The position numbers and the translations under genes were made by a program. Below, piece by piece: positions 56,015 through 64,000 of a DNA stretch of 64,000 nucleotides (its first letter is position 1; each line of letters starts with the position of its first letter). The notes beneath the pieces are model-generated. The model saw only the letters and a program-made list of their open reading frames with translations, had not been told where the DNA came from and did no database searches. Location of the stretch: contig JABHBK010000057.1 of NCBI GenBank assembly GCA_018673915.1, positions 51 through 64,050 on the forward strand, in the 5' to 3' direction. The stretch comes from Nitrospina sp. GTDB taxonomy: Bacteria; Nitrospinota; Nitrospinia; Nitrospinales; VA-1.

Positions 56015-57070
56015 ATGAGCTCATCTATATTAGATGAAAGAAACAAAGCGGTTCTCTTAGCAGTTATCGATAAGTATATCGAGACTGCTGAGCCGGTGGG
56101 TTCCCGCACTTTAGCCAAGATTCATCCTGAACACCTCAGTTCTGCCACACTTAGGAATGTAATGGCAGATTTGGAGGATAGGGGATTCCTGAGTCAGCCG
56201 CATAAGTCAGCAGGGCGTACTCCAACCGATAAGGGCTACCGGTTTTATGTAGACCACCTCCTTCGCCCGCAAAGTTTTTTAATGACGGCCGAAGTGCTGG
56301 CCCATGAGCTTGAATACCCCCTCGAAAAGAAAAATCTTCAAGGGCTGCTTGAGCAAGCCTGTGAAAATCTGTCAAAAGTTTCCCAGCAAACGGGCTTGGT
56401 CATGCTTCCAAGTTTTTCGAGTGCCTGTTTCAAGCATATTGAGTTCACCAAAGTTGCTCCCAAAGCGGCACTGGCAGTCTTTTTCTCGGAACAAGGGATT
56501 CTGCAAAATAAAGTACTTCCCATTGATGCAGACATGACTCAGGATCAACTGACCTCAATTTCTAATTATCTGAATAGTGAATTCAGTGGAAAACCCATAA
56601 AATGGATCTTGCGGGAATTATTAAAACGATTGAAGCTTGAAAAGGAACACTACAACCAGCTGGCCGGTAAGGCCCACGCTCTTTCTGCCGCCCTATTTTC
56701 GGAAGAAAAAGAAAGTAGCGAATTGATCGTTGAAGGTGCTTTGAATTTTCTCGATCAACCCGAGTTCACAGAAGATATCAGCAAGATCAAGGCTCTTCTT
56801 TGTACTCTCGAAGAGAAAACCAAATTGGTCAACCTGCTCGACCTTTGCCTGCACCATGACGGGATGACCATATTAATTGGCGAAGAAAATCTCCAGGAAG
56901 AAATGGGAAACTGCAGTTTGATCGCGCAAAATTATCAGCTGGGAAACGAAAATGTAGGCACACTGGCTGTTTTCGGGTCGAAAAGAATGGATTATAAACG
57001 TATCATTTCCATTGTTAATCATACCGCGAAAATAGTCTCTAAATTAATATCTGAAAACCAGGGAGTGTAA
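56015..57070 (+). CDS. hrcA: heat-inducible transcription repressor HrcA
   Basis: 351 aa. N-terminal ERNKAVLLAVIDKYIETAEPVGSRTLA winged-helix pattern. Confidence 0.9.
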   Translation: MSSSILDERNKAVLLAVIDKYIETAEPVGSRTLAKIHPEHLSSATLRNVMADLEDRGFLSQPHKSAGRTPTDKGYRFYVDHLLRPQSFLMTAEVLAHELEYPLEKKNLQGLLEQACENLSKVSQQTGLVMLPSFSSACFKHIEFTKVAPKAALAVFFSEQGILQNKVLPIDADMTQDQLTSISNYLNSEFSGKPIKWILRELLKRLKLEKEHYNQLAGKAHALSAALFSEEKESSELIVEGALNFLDQPEFTEDISKIKALLCTLEEKTKLVNLLDLCLHHDGMTILIGEENLQEEMGNCSLIAQNYQLGNENVGTLAVFGSKRMDYKRIISIVNHTAKIVSKLISENQGV

Positions 57071-57079
57071 AAAGGTTTT

Positions 57080-57703
57080 ATGACATCCAAGGAAAAACCA
57101 AATACCATTGATGAAGAGCAGGAAGAAAAACTGGAAGTTGAGGGCCTTGAAGAAGAAGTGCCTGAAGAAGAGAAAAAAAAGCTTAGTCCCATCGAAGAAC
57201 TTCAAGAACAATTGAAGGAAAAAGATTTGCAACTTGTTGAGCAAAAAGGGGATTTCCTCAGGGAAAAAGCCGATCTCGAAAATTTTCGTAAAAGATTAAT
57301 CAAGGACAAGGAAGACTCTGTTCAATTTGCCAATCAACGGCTCCTGAAAGAGCTGGTGCAAATCAACGACAATCTGGATAGAGCTCTAGATACCCCCAAT
57401 TCCTCTCTGGAAAGTTTACGGGAAGGGGTCGAAATGATCCAGAAACAGTTCGCCTCGTTTCTCAAAAACCAGAAGGTTGAGCCAATTGAAGCCATGGGAA
57501 AACCTTTCGACCCCAGCCTTCATGAAGTCATGAGCCAGATGGAATCAGAAGAACACGATGAAAACACCGTGATGCAGGAATACTCCAAAGGCTATACTTT
57601 AAACGGACGGATTCTTTGCTCTGCCAAAGTAGTTATCTCAAAAAAACCTGAGAAAACTACCCCGAAAGAAAAAACAAAGAAAAGTGCTGCGGAGGAAAAA
57701 TAA
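57080..57703 (+). CDS. grpE: nucleotide exchange factor GrpE
   Basis: 207 aa. Acidic N-terminus, coiled coil, then ...ENFRKRL... and ...FDPSLHEVMSQ... GrpE motifs. Confidence 0.9.
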   Translation: MTSKEKPNTIDEEQEEKLEVEGLEEEVPEEEKKKLSPIEELQEQLKEKDLQLVEQKGDFLREKADLENFRKRLIKDKEDSVQFANQRLLKELVQINDNLDRALDTPNSSLESLREGVEMIQKQFASFLKNQKVEPIEAMGKPFDPSLHEVMSQMESEEHDENTVMQEYSKGYTLNGRILCSAKVVISKKPEKTTPKEKTKKSAAEEK

Positions 57704-57710
57704 CTCTATT

Positions 57711-57733
57711 GCCCTGCCCCTTTACGGCAGGGC
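57711..57733 (+). terminator. hairpin downstream of grpE
   Basis: GCCCTGCC-N7-GGCAGGGC, a perfect 8-bp stem. The trailing U-run is weak (CTTCATT). Confidence 0.4.
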
Positions 57734-57766
57734 CTTCATTCCCTCCAAAGATTTTTAATAGGTCCC

Positions 57767-58585
57767 ATGCCTGAACTCCCTGAAGTCGAAACCCTCCGGC
57801 GGGCACTTCTCCCCCTAGTCGTCAACAAAACTTGCACCGCCCTCAAGTTCTACCGCAAAGATATCCGGTTTCCCATTCCTCAGACTACTTTGCTCAATCA
57901 ATTTTCCAATCAAGTAGTTTCTCAAATTCAACGGAACGGCAAATATCTGCTTTTACAGGTGCCAAACGGAGCAATGCTTTGGCATCTGGGAATGAGCGGA
58001 CACGTTTCTCTGCAGAACTCCATGACTCCTATCGAAAAGCATACGCACGCAATTTTCAAGTTTGAATCAGAAACCTGTCTGCACTTTGTTGACCCGAGAC
58101 GGTTTGGTTGTATTCTCTGGGTTCCGCAAAACGGGAAACACCGCCTACTGGATAATTTGGGACCGGACCCTTTCTCGCCAGACGCTAACGCGCGGACCAT
58201 GAAAAGCAAGGCCAAAAACTGTCGGTCTCCCATTAAGACCTTTATCATGGATGCCAAACGCATCACGGGAATCGGCAATATCTACGCCTGCGAATCCTTA
58301 TATCACTCAGGGATTAACCCCAAACGAAAAGCAGGAAGAATTACCCTTGCAGAATGGGACCGGCTCCTTTCCAACGTTCGCACCACCCTTGAAAATAGTA
58401 TTTTGGCAGGGGGAACCACTCTTCGCGACTTTTTTGATCCCAATGGTGCTAAAGGATATTATGCGGTTAAACTGTCCGTCTATGGTAAAGAGGGTGAGCC
58501 TTGCCCAAAATGCAAATCCCCCATAGCCCGTATGATCCACTCCGGCCGATCCACTTTTTTCTGCAAAACCTGCCAACCCCACTAG
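57767..58585 (+). CDS. mutM: formamidopyrimidine-DNA glycosylase
   Basis: 272 aa. MPELPEVET N-terminus and C-terminal CPKC...CKTC zinc finger. Confidence 0.9.
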   Translation: MPELPEVETLRRALLPLVVNKTCTALKFYRKDIRFPIPQTTLLNQFSNQVVSQIQRNGKYLLLQVPNGAMLWHLGMSGHVSLQNSMTPIEKHTHAIFKFESETCLHFVDPRRFGCILWVPQNGKHRLLDNLGPDPFSPDANARTMKSKAKNCRSPIKTFIMDAKRITGIGNIYACESLYHSGINPKRKAGRITLAEWDRLLSNVRTTLENSILAGGTTLRDFFDPNGAKGYYAVKLSVYGKEGEPCPKCKSPIARMIHSGRSTFFCKTCQPH

Positions 58586-58698
58586 GCGTGGAGCCGACTA
58601 GCACCCACTAGGCAAGATATTCTTTAAATAATTTAAACTATCTATTCGCCCAATTTTTGGCGAAAATGAACCTTAATCATTAAATACAGAGGTAAGAG

Positions 58699-60330
58699 TT
58701 GGAACGTTCTATCGGACTTATAACGCTTAACGCTAAATTTATTCATTCCTCGTTGAGCTTGAGATATTTGAGAAACGCCAGCCGAAATGCCGGCCATAAG
58801 AATGTATGGATACGGGAATTTGTCATCAACCAGCCCATCTGGAAAATTGCCGCAGAGATCCAGAAACTCCAGCCGGATGTTTTGGGAATCGGCATATATA
58901 TCTGGAACCGGAGCCAGAGCCTGGAGTTGATCGAACGCTTACAGAAACAAATGCCGGAACTAAAATTTGTTGTAGGGGGCCCAGAAGTTTCGTTTGAGGA
59001 AGAAGGCTCTCTGGCCTTCCCGGTGATTTCCGGCGAAGGCGAAAAAAAATGGGTCGAGTTTCTTGAGTTGACCGGTAAAAATGAGACGCCATCCGATGAA
59101 GTGCTTAAACGCTGGCGAACCTATGGGACCGACCTGCCAGAACTCATCCCGGCTTATCAGGAAGAAGATTATCCAGAGCTCAAAAATCGAATTGTTTATT
59201 TTGAAACATCCAGAGGGTGTCCCTACCTTTGTTCGTTCTGTTTATCTGCGTTGGACAAAACGGTTCGCTACTTCGATGAGTCCCTCATCCAAAATCAGAT
59301 TAAAGAACTCCTCAACAATGGTATTCAAAAAATAAAATTTGTGGACCGCACTTTCAACCTCAAGCCAAAGCGCATGAAAGAGCTGATGGAATGGTTGTCT
59401 CAATTCAAAGGTAACGAGTTTCATTTTGAAGTAGTAGGAGATATTTTAACTCCCGAAATTCTAAACTTCCTGAAAACGGTTCCCTCTGGAATGTTTCAAT
59501 TTGAAATTGGCATTCAAACAACCACGGAATCTGTTCAGGAAACCATACAAAGAAAGCAGAGCAATCAAAAACTTTTTGAGACGATTCAACAACTGGTGGA
59601 GCAAGACCGCATTCACTTTCATTGCGACCTGATATTCGGTTTGCCAGGGGAAACTCTGGAAGATATCAAGCAATCTTTCTCTCAGGTTATTGCTTTGAGA
59701 CCTCATGAGCTACAACTTGGTTTTCTCAAATTTCTGCCTGGAGCTCCGATCAATGACCAAGTTGGGAAACACCAATATCGCTATCAGTCCACCCCTCCTT
59801 ATGAATTGATTTCGCACCAAAATTTATCTGCAGAAGAGGTTCTGTATTTGAAACAATTCGAAGATATTTTCGACCGCTATTACAATTCCAAGCGGTTCCG
59901 TTTTTCCATCCACTACCTGCTGGAAAAATTAGACCCAGTTACCCTATTTAACCGTTTGCTGGAATACCATGGTTCTCACGGACTATTGATGAACCCCGTT
60001 TCCCTCGATGAATATTACCGGATTTTTCGAGATACGTTTTATCCCACGCCCACTTTAAAGGAGCTGGATCTGCTGAAACTGGATTATTTGTATACCCAGA
60101 GGTCATTTCGACTTCCGGGTATTCTTTCTTCCAAGTCCTCGCCTCCTGTGAAGACGTGGAAAAAGGACCGCAAAACACCGGTTATCCCCTTCGATCATGA
60201 AATTGAAATCGCCGGATCCCAAGCAATTTTAAAAGTAACAGCAAATCCTGTATACTACGCCATCGCGCATTCGCAGAATGGAGAGGGCTATTTTCGCCGT
60301 CCCACCGTCAATGCCATATCAGACGCATAA
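58699..60330 (+). CDS. B12-binding-domain radical SAM protein (DUF4080-type C-terminus)
   Basis: 543 aa. N-terminal B12-binding-like domain. ETSRGCPYLCSFC is a CX4CX2C-type cluster motif. Confidence 0.75.
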   Translation: MERSIGLITLNAKFIHSSLSLRYLRNASRNAGHKNVWIREFVINQPIWKIAAEIQKLQPDVLGIGIYIWNRSQSLELIERLQKQMPELKFVVGGPEVSFEEEGSLAFPVISGEGEKKWVEFLELTGKNETPSDEVLKRWRTYGTDLPELIPAYQEEDYPELKNRIVYFETSRGCPYLCSFCLSALDKTVRYFDESLIQNQIKELLNNGIQKIKFVDRTFNLKPKRMKELMEWLSQFKGNEFHFEVVGDILTPEILNFLKTVPSGMFQFEIGIQTTTESVQETIQRKQSNQKLFETIQQLVEQDRIHFHCDLIFGLPGETLEDIKQSFSQVIALRPHELQLGFLKFLPGAPINDQVGKHQYRYQSTPPYELISHQNLSAEEVLYLKQFEDIFDRYYNSKRFRFSIHYLLEKLDPVTLFNRLLEYHGSHGLLMNPVSLDEYYRIFRDTFYPTPTLKELDLLKLDYLYTQRSFRLPGILSSKSSPPVKTWKKDRKTPVIPFDHEIEIAGSQAILKVTANPVYYAIAHSQNGEGYFRRPTVNAISDA

Positions 60331-60416
60331 CCTCGGTTCTGATAAAGTTTTAGCACTATCGAATAAATTATGGCCCTAAGGCCTCTTATAAAAAACACCC
60401 AATCAGGGAAATAAAG

Positions 60417-62105
60417 ATGACGCAAAATTCTCAGTCTCTCAACAGCAAAAGCAAATCCATCACCCAGGGAGACCGGCGAGCCCCCAACCGAGCCATGCTC
60501 AGAGCAGTTGGGTTCACCGATGATGACTTTGGGAAACCCATCATCGGTGTCGCTAATGGACAAAGTGAGATCACCCCTTGTAACGCAGGACTCGGCAAAC
60601 TCGCCGACATTGCTACAGCAGAGATCCGAAAAAGCGGCGGCATGCCACAAATGTTTGGAACCATTACCGTCAGTGACGGCATTTCCATGGGAACAGAAGG
60701 CATGAAATGTTCTCTGGTCAGCCGGGAAGTAATCGCAGACTCCATAGAAACCGTTTGCCGGGGAGCCAGCATGGACGCCGTCATCTGCATAGGCGGATGT
60801 GATAAAAATATGCCCGGAGCCATGATAGCCATGGCCCGCTTGAATATTCCCGGACTCTTTGTTTATGGTGGCACCATCAAGCCCGGTCGTCTGGAGGGTA
60901 AAGATTTAACCGTGGTCAGCGTATTTGAAGCGGTTGGTCAATTTGGTGCCGGCACCATTGATAGAAACGAGCTCACTGAAATCGAAAAAAATGCCTGCCC
61001 GGGTTTAGGTTCCTGCGGTGGAATGTTTACCGCGAACACGATGTCTTCTGCCTTTGAAGCGATGGGCATGAGCCTGCCATACAGCTCTACCATGGCGAAT
61101 GAAGACAAGGATAAAGAAATCAGTACCGGTCAAAGCGCAAAGACCCTTTTAAAAATGGTCGAGAATAATATCCTTCCCAGAGATATCATGACACGGGAAG
61201 CTTTCGAAAATGCCATTGCTGTAGTGATGGCCGTTGGCGGTTCCACCAACGCGGTTTTGCATCTACTGGCCATAGCTCACTCTACTGGAGTGCCATTGTC
61301 CATGGATGACTTTGAAGATATCCGGAAAAAGATTCCCCTGTTTTGTGATTTGAAACCGTCCGGCAAATATGTTGCCATCGACCTGCACCATGCTGGCGGT
61401 ATTCCGCAGGTAATGAAAATGATGTTGAATGCGGGACTCCTGCATGGCGACTGCATGACAGTAACCGGGAAAACCATCGCTGAAAACTTAAAAGATGTTC
61501 CCGACCAACCTCGGGAGGATCAGGATGTTATTCTTCCTCTGGACAAACCCAAGTCCACGGTAGGTCACTTGGTTATTCTGAAAGGAAACCTCTGTGAAGA
61601 AGGAGCCGTTGCAAAAGTTTCGGGCGTTAAAACCCGGAAGATTACCGGTCCAGCCCGCATCTTCAATTCAGAAGAAGAATGCCTGGATGCTATTATGGAT
61701 GACCGCATTAAAGAAGGCGATGTTGTGGTTATTAGATTTGAAGGTCCAAAAGGAGGTCCGGGAATGCGTGAAATGCTGGCACCTACAGCCGCCATCGTAG
61801 GTAAAGGCTTGGGCGACAAAGTAGCCCTCATCACCGATGGCCGGTTTTCCGGAGGAACCTATGGAATAGTAATCGGCCATATCGCACCCGAAGCACAAAT
61901 GGGAGGAACACTAGCCCTTATTAATGATGACGATATCATTACGGTTGATATTGACCAAAATCAGCTAAACGTTCAACTATCTGATGCGGAACTGGAAGAA
62001 AGAAAAAGAGGGTTCATCGCTCCTGAAATTAAATATCAAACCGGAGTATTGGCTAAATACGCTAAGCTTGTCGGCACGGCCTCTAAAGGTGCAGTAACTG
62101 ATTAA
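60417..62105 (+). CDS. ilvD: dihydroxy-acid dehydratase
   Basis: 562 aa. GGCDKNMPG and ...TDGRFSGGT... motifs. Confidence 0.95.
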   Translation: MTQNSQSLNSKSKSITQGDRRAPNRAMLRAVGFTDDDFGKPIIGVANGQSEITPCNAGLGKLADIATAEIRKSGGMPQMFGTITVSDGISMGTEGMKCSLVSREVIADSIETVCRGASMDAVICIGGCDKNMPGAMIAMARLNIPGLFVYGGTIKPGRLEGKDLTVVSVFEAVGQFGAGTIDRNELTEIEKNACPGLGSCGGMFTANTMSSAFEAMGMSLPYSSTMANEDKDKEISTGQSAKTLLKMVENNILPRDIMTREAFENAIAVVMAVGGSTNAVLHLLAIAHSTGVPLSMDDFEDIRKKIPLFCDLKPSGKYVAIDLHHAGGIPQVMKMMLNAGLLHGDCMTVTGKTIAENLKDVPDQPREDQDVILPLDKPKSTVGHLVILKGNLCEEGAVAKVSGVKTRKITGPARIFNSEEECLDAIMDDRIKEGDVVVIRFEGPKGGPGMREMLAPTAAIVGKGLGDKVALITDGRFSGGTYGIVIGHIAPEAQMGGTLALINDDDIITVDIDQNQLNVQLSDAELEERKRGFIAPEIKYQTGVLAKYAKLVGTASKGAVTD

Positions 62106-62130
62106 TTTTTCCCTCGCGTAAAGAGTTACC

Positions 62131-63081
62131 ATGATGCAATATAAAATTCTGCCAGGGCATTTATATCCCAAAGACAATCGACTAAACCTTTATTATTTTC
62201 ACAATCTTTTAAAGGTTATTGGGGAATCCGTTGCCCAGCAAATGAAGCAGCAACATAAAATCAGTATCCCCATTAGTGCCGGGATGTGGGGAGGCTCCTA
62301 CATGGTCGCCAATGACGATGGGCAAGCCAAAACTAATGTCGTCCGTCTGTATTCCATCGTCAACCTGCCGCAGAACAGTCCTCTGGACAAGGTAGAAAAT
62401 TTTGAATGCTTAATGGAAATCTATCAGCAAACATTTTCTACTACCTTTAAACGCTACGGATTGAGCCTGGTGGACCCGCGCTGGGGAGAGGCTATCCCTT
62501 ACTCCAACAGGGCCAAACCCACCACTGCGTTACAAATGTGGGACAAAACAGGTAGAGCCAACTTCGTGCGGGCATTTTTTGTGTGGAATGAGACCACCTG
62601 GGAAGAGTCCATCATCTACGACATGATTCGCAACGTCAAAACTCTTAAAGAACTTTTAAATATCAATATCCGCCCGGCAAAAAAAGAAAGTTCAGAGCTT
62701 AAATTTCTGTTACAGGATGTACTGATTACCTATTACACCCTGTACGCCGCGTTGACCCCCGATTTCGTTGAACATGCAAAGCCCATCATCGCTGACCTGT
62801 TCGAGCAGTTTATAAGCGGAATGCATTCGGAAGAATCCATCGAAGAGCAATACCACAAGGTTTATTCAAACGCTTTGGTTTATGGATTTGAAGAAGCCCT
62901 GAAAATTCCTTACGGAAAAGAAAACCTGGATGTGCGAAAAGTAGAAGATTGGCCTGTAGATAAAATCAATTACGTCCCAAATGAACTCAAAGAAAAACTC
63001 ATCCCAGCCTTGCAAGCCCCATGGAAAAAGTTTCATGCCAACCTGGAAAAACAATCCGGAGCACAAGTAGCCAGCCACTGA
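62131..63081 (+). CDS. hypothetical protein
   Basis: 316-aa ORF 25 nt after ilvD. No recognised motif. Confidence 0.45.
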   Translation: MMQYKILPGHLYPKDNRLNLYYFHNLLKVIGESVAQQMKQQHKISIPISAGMWGGSYMVANDDGQAKTNVVRLYSIVNLPQNSPLDKVENFECLMEIYQQTFSTTFKRYGLSLVDPRWGEAIPYSNRAKPTTALQMWDKTGRANFVRAFFVWNETTWEESIIYDMIRNVKTLKELLNINIRPAKKESSELKFLLQDVLITYYTLYAALTPDFVEHAKPIIADLFEQFISGMHSEESIEEQYHKVYSNALVYGFEEALKIPYGKENLDVRKVEDWPVDKINYVPNELKEKLIPALQAPWKKFHANLEKQSGAQVASH

Positions 63082-63101
63082 AGCCCTGGGAGGGAGATAC
63101 T

Positions 63102-63869
63102 TTAGAGTTTCAATAGAAGCCAGCCGGCGATACCTTTTTGACCGTTCAGTTCTTTGTTTGATCCATTCCAAACTGCGGTGGCCATTAAAACCGAATCTTG
63201 AAACTGAACATCATTAGCGTTGCCATTAGTTAAGGAACGGTTGAAAATGAGGCGCCATTTATTATTTTTCCATACCGCAACCCCTTGCACATCCTGCTGG
63301 CTTTGGTCGGTCAGGGTGCTGAATCCTTCGGCGTTTAAATCTTCAATGGTCTGGTAAGGAATTTGCGAGTTGGGATTATCCCTCACTCCGGGTTGCCCCC
63401 GCTCACCGCCAATCGCTTTCCATTGCCAGATATTGACGGGCTTTCCCGATTCGCCCATCGTTATGGATGGGGCCTCCTTATCGGAAGTCACAGGGAACAT
63501 AACCGCCGCGCGGTCGACATACAATGCTGAATGGTCAAAATTACTGTCTCGAGTCAAATCATCCCACTCCAACATGATGGCGATGCTCGAACTATTTTTT
63601 ACCGTCCGCACCACGACATTTCTCGTGGATGGATTCGGCCATTTTGGGTTGGTGATCATTTGTGGTCCGAGTTCAACTTCAACGGGAAGGGGCCCTCCGT
63701 CCCAAAAAGGATCATAGGGGTCTGTTGGTAAATTTCCGTCACGGTTGGCAACCTGTATTACCGGGCCGCAACTTTCATCCTGCAAACAATCCTCAACATG
63801 GGCGCCACAGGAAGCGATGAACAGCGCGGCAACCGCCATCCAAAGTGACTTCAATCTTTTTGGGGTCAT
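63102..63869 (-). CDS. EB_dh-domain heme-binding protein (gamma-subunit-like, NxrC/EbdC/DdhC family), lipoprotein-type signal
   Basis: 255 aa. Signal peptide with lipobox FIASC. ...IAIMLEWDDLTRD...AAVMFPV...VNIWQWKA... matches the ethylbenzene-dehydrogenase-type heme-b domain pattern as I recall it. Confidence 0.6.
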   Translation of the reverse strand: MTPKRLKSLWMAVAALFIASCGAHVEDCLQDESCGPVIQVANRDGNLPTDPYDPFWDGGPLPVEVELGPQMITNPKWPNPSTRNVVVRTVKNSSSIAIMLEWDDLTRDSNFDHSALYVDRAAVMFPVTSDKEAPSITMGESGKPVNIWQWKAIGGERGQPGVRDNPNSQIPYQTIEDLNAEGFSTLTDQSQQDVQGVAVWKNNKWRLIFNRSLTNGNANDVQFQDSVLMATAVWNGSNKELNGQKGIAGWLLLKL

Positions 63870-63873
63870 GGAA

Positions 63874-64000
63874 TTAGTAATTTTGGATCAGGTTTTCTAG
63901 TTCTTTTTGCAATTCGGGGGTAAAGGGACCTACCAGTATCAGGTTCAGTTGATCGGGGACAAGAATTCTCCGGGCCACTTCAATGATTCTGTCTTTCGAA
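63874..64000 (-). CDS. 3' end of a CDS truncated by the window edge
   Basis: Open frame ending ...IIEVARRILVPDQLNLILVGPFTPELQKELENLIQNY-stop, 4 nt upstream of the next gene. The tail resembles M16-peptidase C-termini, but that is weak. Confidence 0.35.
   Translation of the reverse strand, partial: SKDRIIEVARRILVPDQLNLILVGPFTPELQKELENLIQNY

Noticed and set aside
58578-58613. 10-bp direct repeat CCCACTAGGC x2 spanning the mutM stop codon
   Set aside because: It is short and occurs only twice, with no associated inverted repeats or mobile-element genes. It is probably chance or a weak terminator-region feature.
60288-60832. Two minus-strand ORFs (120 and 133 aa) at the 5' end of ilvD
   Set aside because: They are antisense or overlapping shadow frames of ilvD, with no independent support.
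1-64000. Search for tRNA, rRNA, tmRNA, RNase P or SRP RNA signatures, CRISPR repeats, IS elements or transposases, integrases and toxin-antitoxin pairs
   Set aside because: No T-loop GGTTCGAATCC-type motifs, regularly spaced repeats, transposase-like ORFs or terminal inverted repeats were seen by eye. The only recombinase is the housekeeping-type xerC upstream of hslVU. A covariance-model scan would be needed to exclude small RNAs.

Overview
Chromosomal segment of a Gram-negative bacterium, moderately AT-rich by eye, with about 60 protein genes and short intergenic gaps. It reads as core genome. I found no rRNA, tRNA, CRISPR array, transposase or prophage genes.

Housekeeping blocks:
- xerC-hslV-hslU-argB
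- hrcA-grpE, mutM, ilvD, ispB, birA, manC, cspA
- a PBP1A/SPOR cell-wall operon
- a heterodimeric ABC exporter

More unusual content:
1. A cysK / thrC-like / MoaD-ThiS-type GG-carrier / MoeB-type E1 / cysM / [2Fe-2S] ferredoxin cluster at the 5' end. It suggests protein-thiocarboxylate sulfur amino-acid synthesis.
2. A PAS-containing sigma-54 enhancer-binding protein, divergent from a near-consensus -24/-12 promoter with two upstream palindromes. The promoter heads a compact run of six small genes: DsrE-like, PNPOx-like, tautomerase-like, membrane, NTF2-like and nitroreductase.
3. A second near-consensus sigma-54 promoter in front of an orphan acidic protein.
4. Four stand-alone cyclic-nucleotide-binding proteins. 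Two are tandem cNMP-PAS paralogs and one is translationally coupled to the ABC exporter.
5. A radical-SAM gene flanked by two small ORFs.
6. A lipoprotein-type EB_dh (NxrC/EbdC/DdhC-like) heme-subunit gene at the 3' edge.

The gene content would fit a nitrite-oxidiser-like marine lineage such as Nitrospinota, but that is a guess I cannot test here. All calls rest on motifs read by eye from the supplied translations and DNA. No database search was run. I see no convincing defence island or mobile element. The sigma-54 regulated six-gene unit and the thiocarboxylate cluster are the best candidates for under-described biology.
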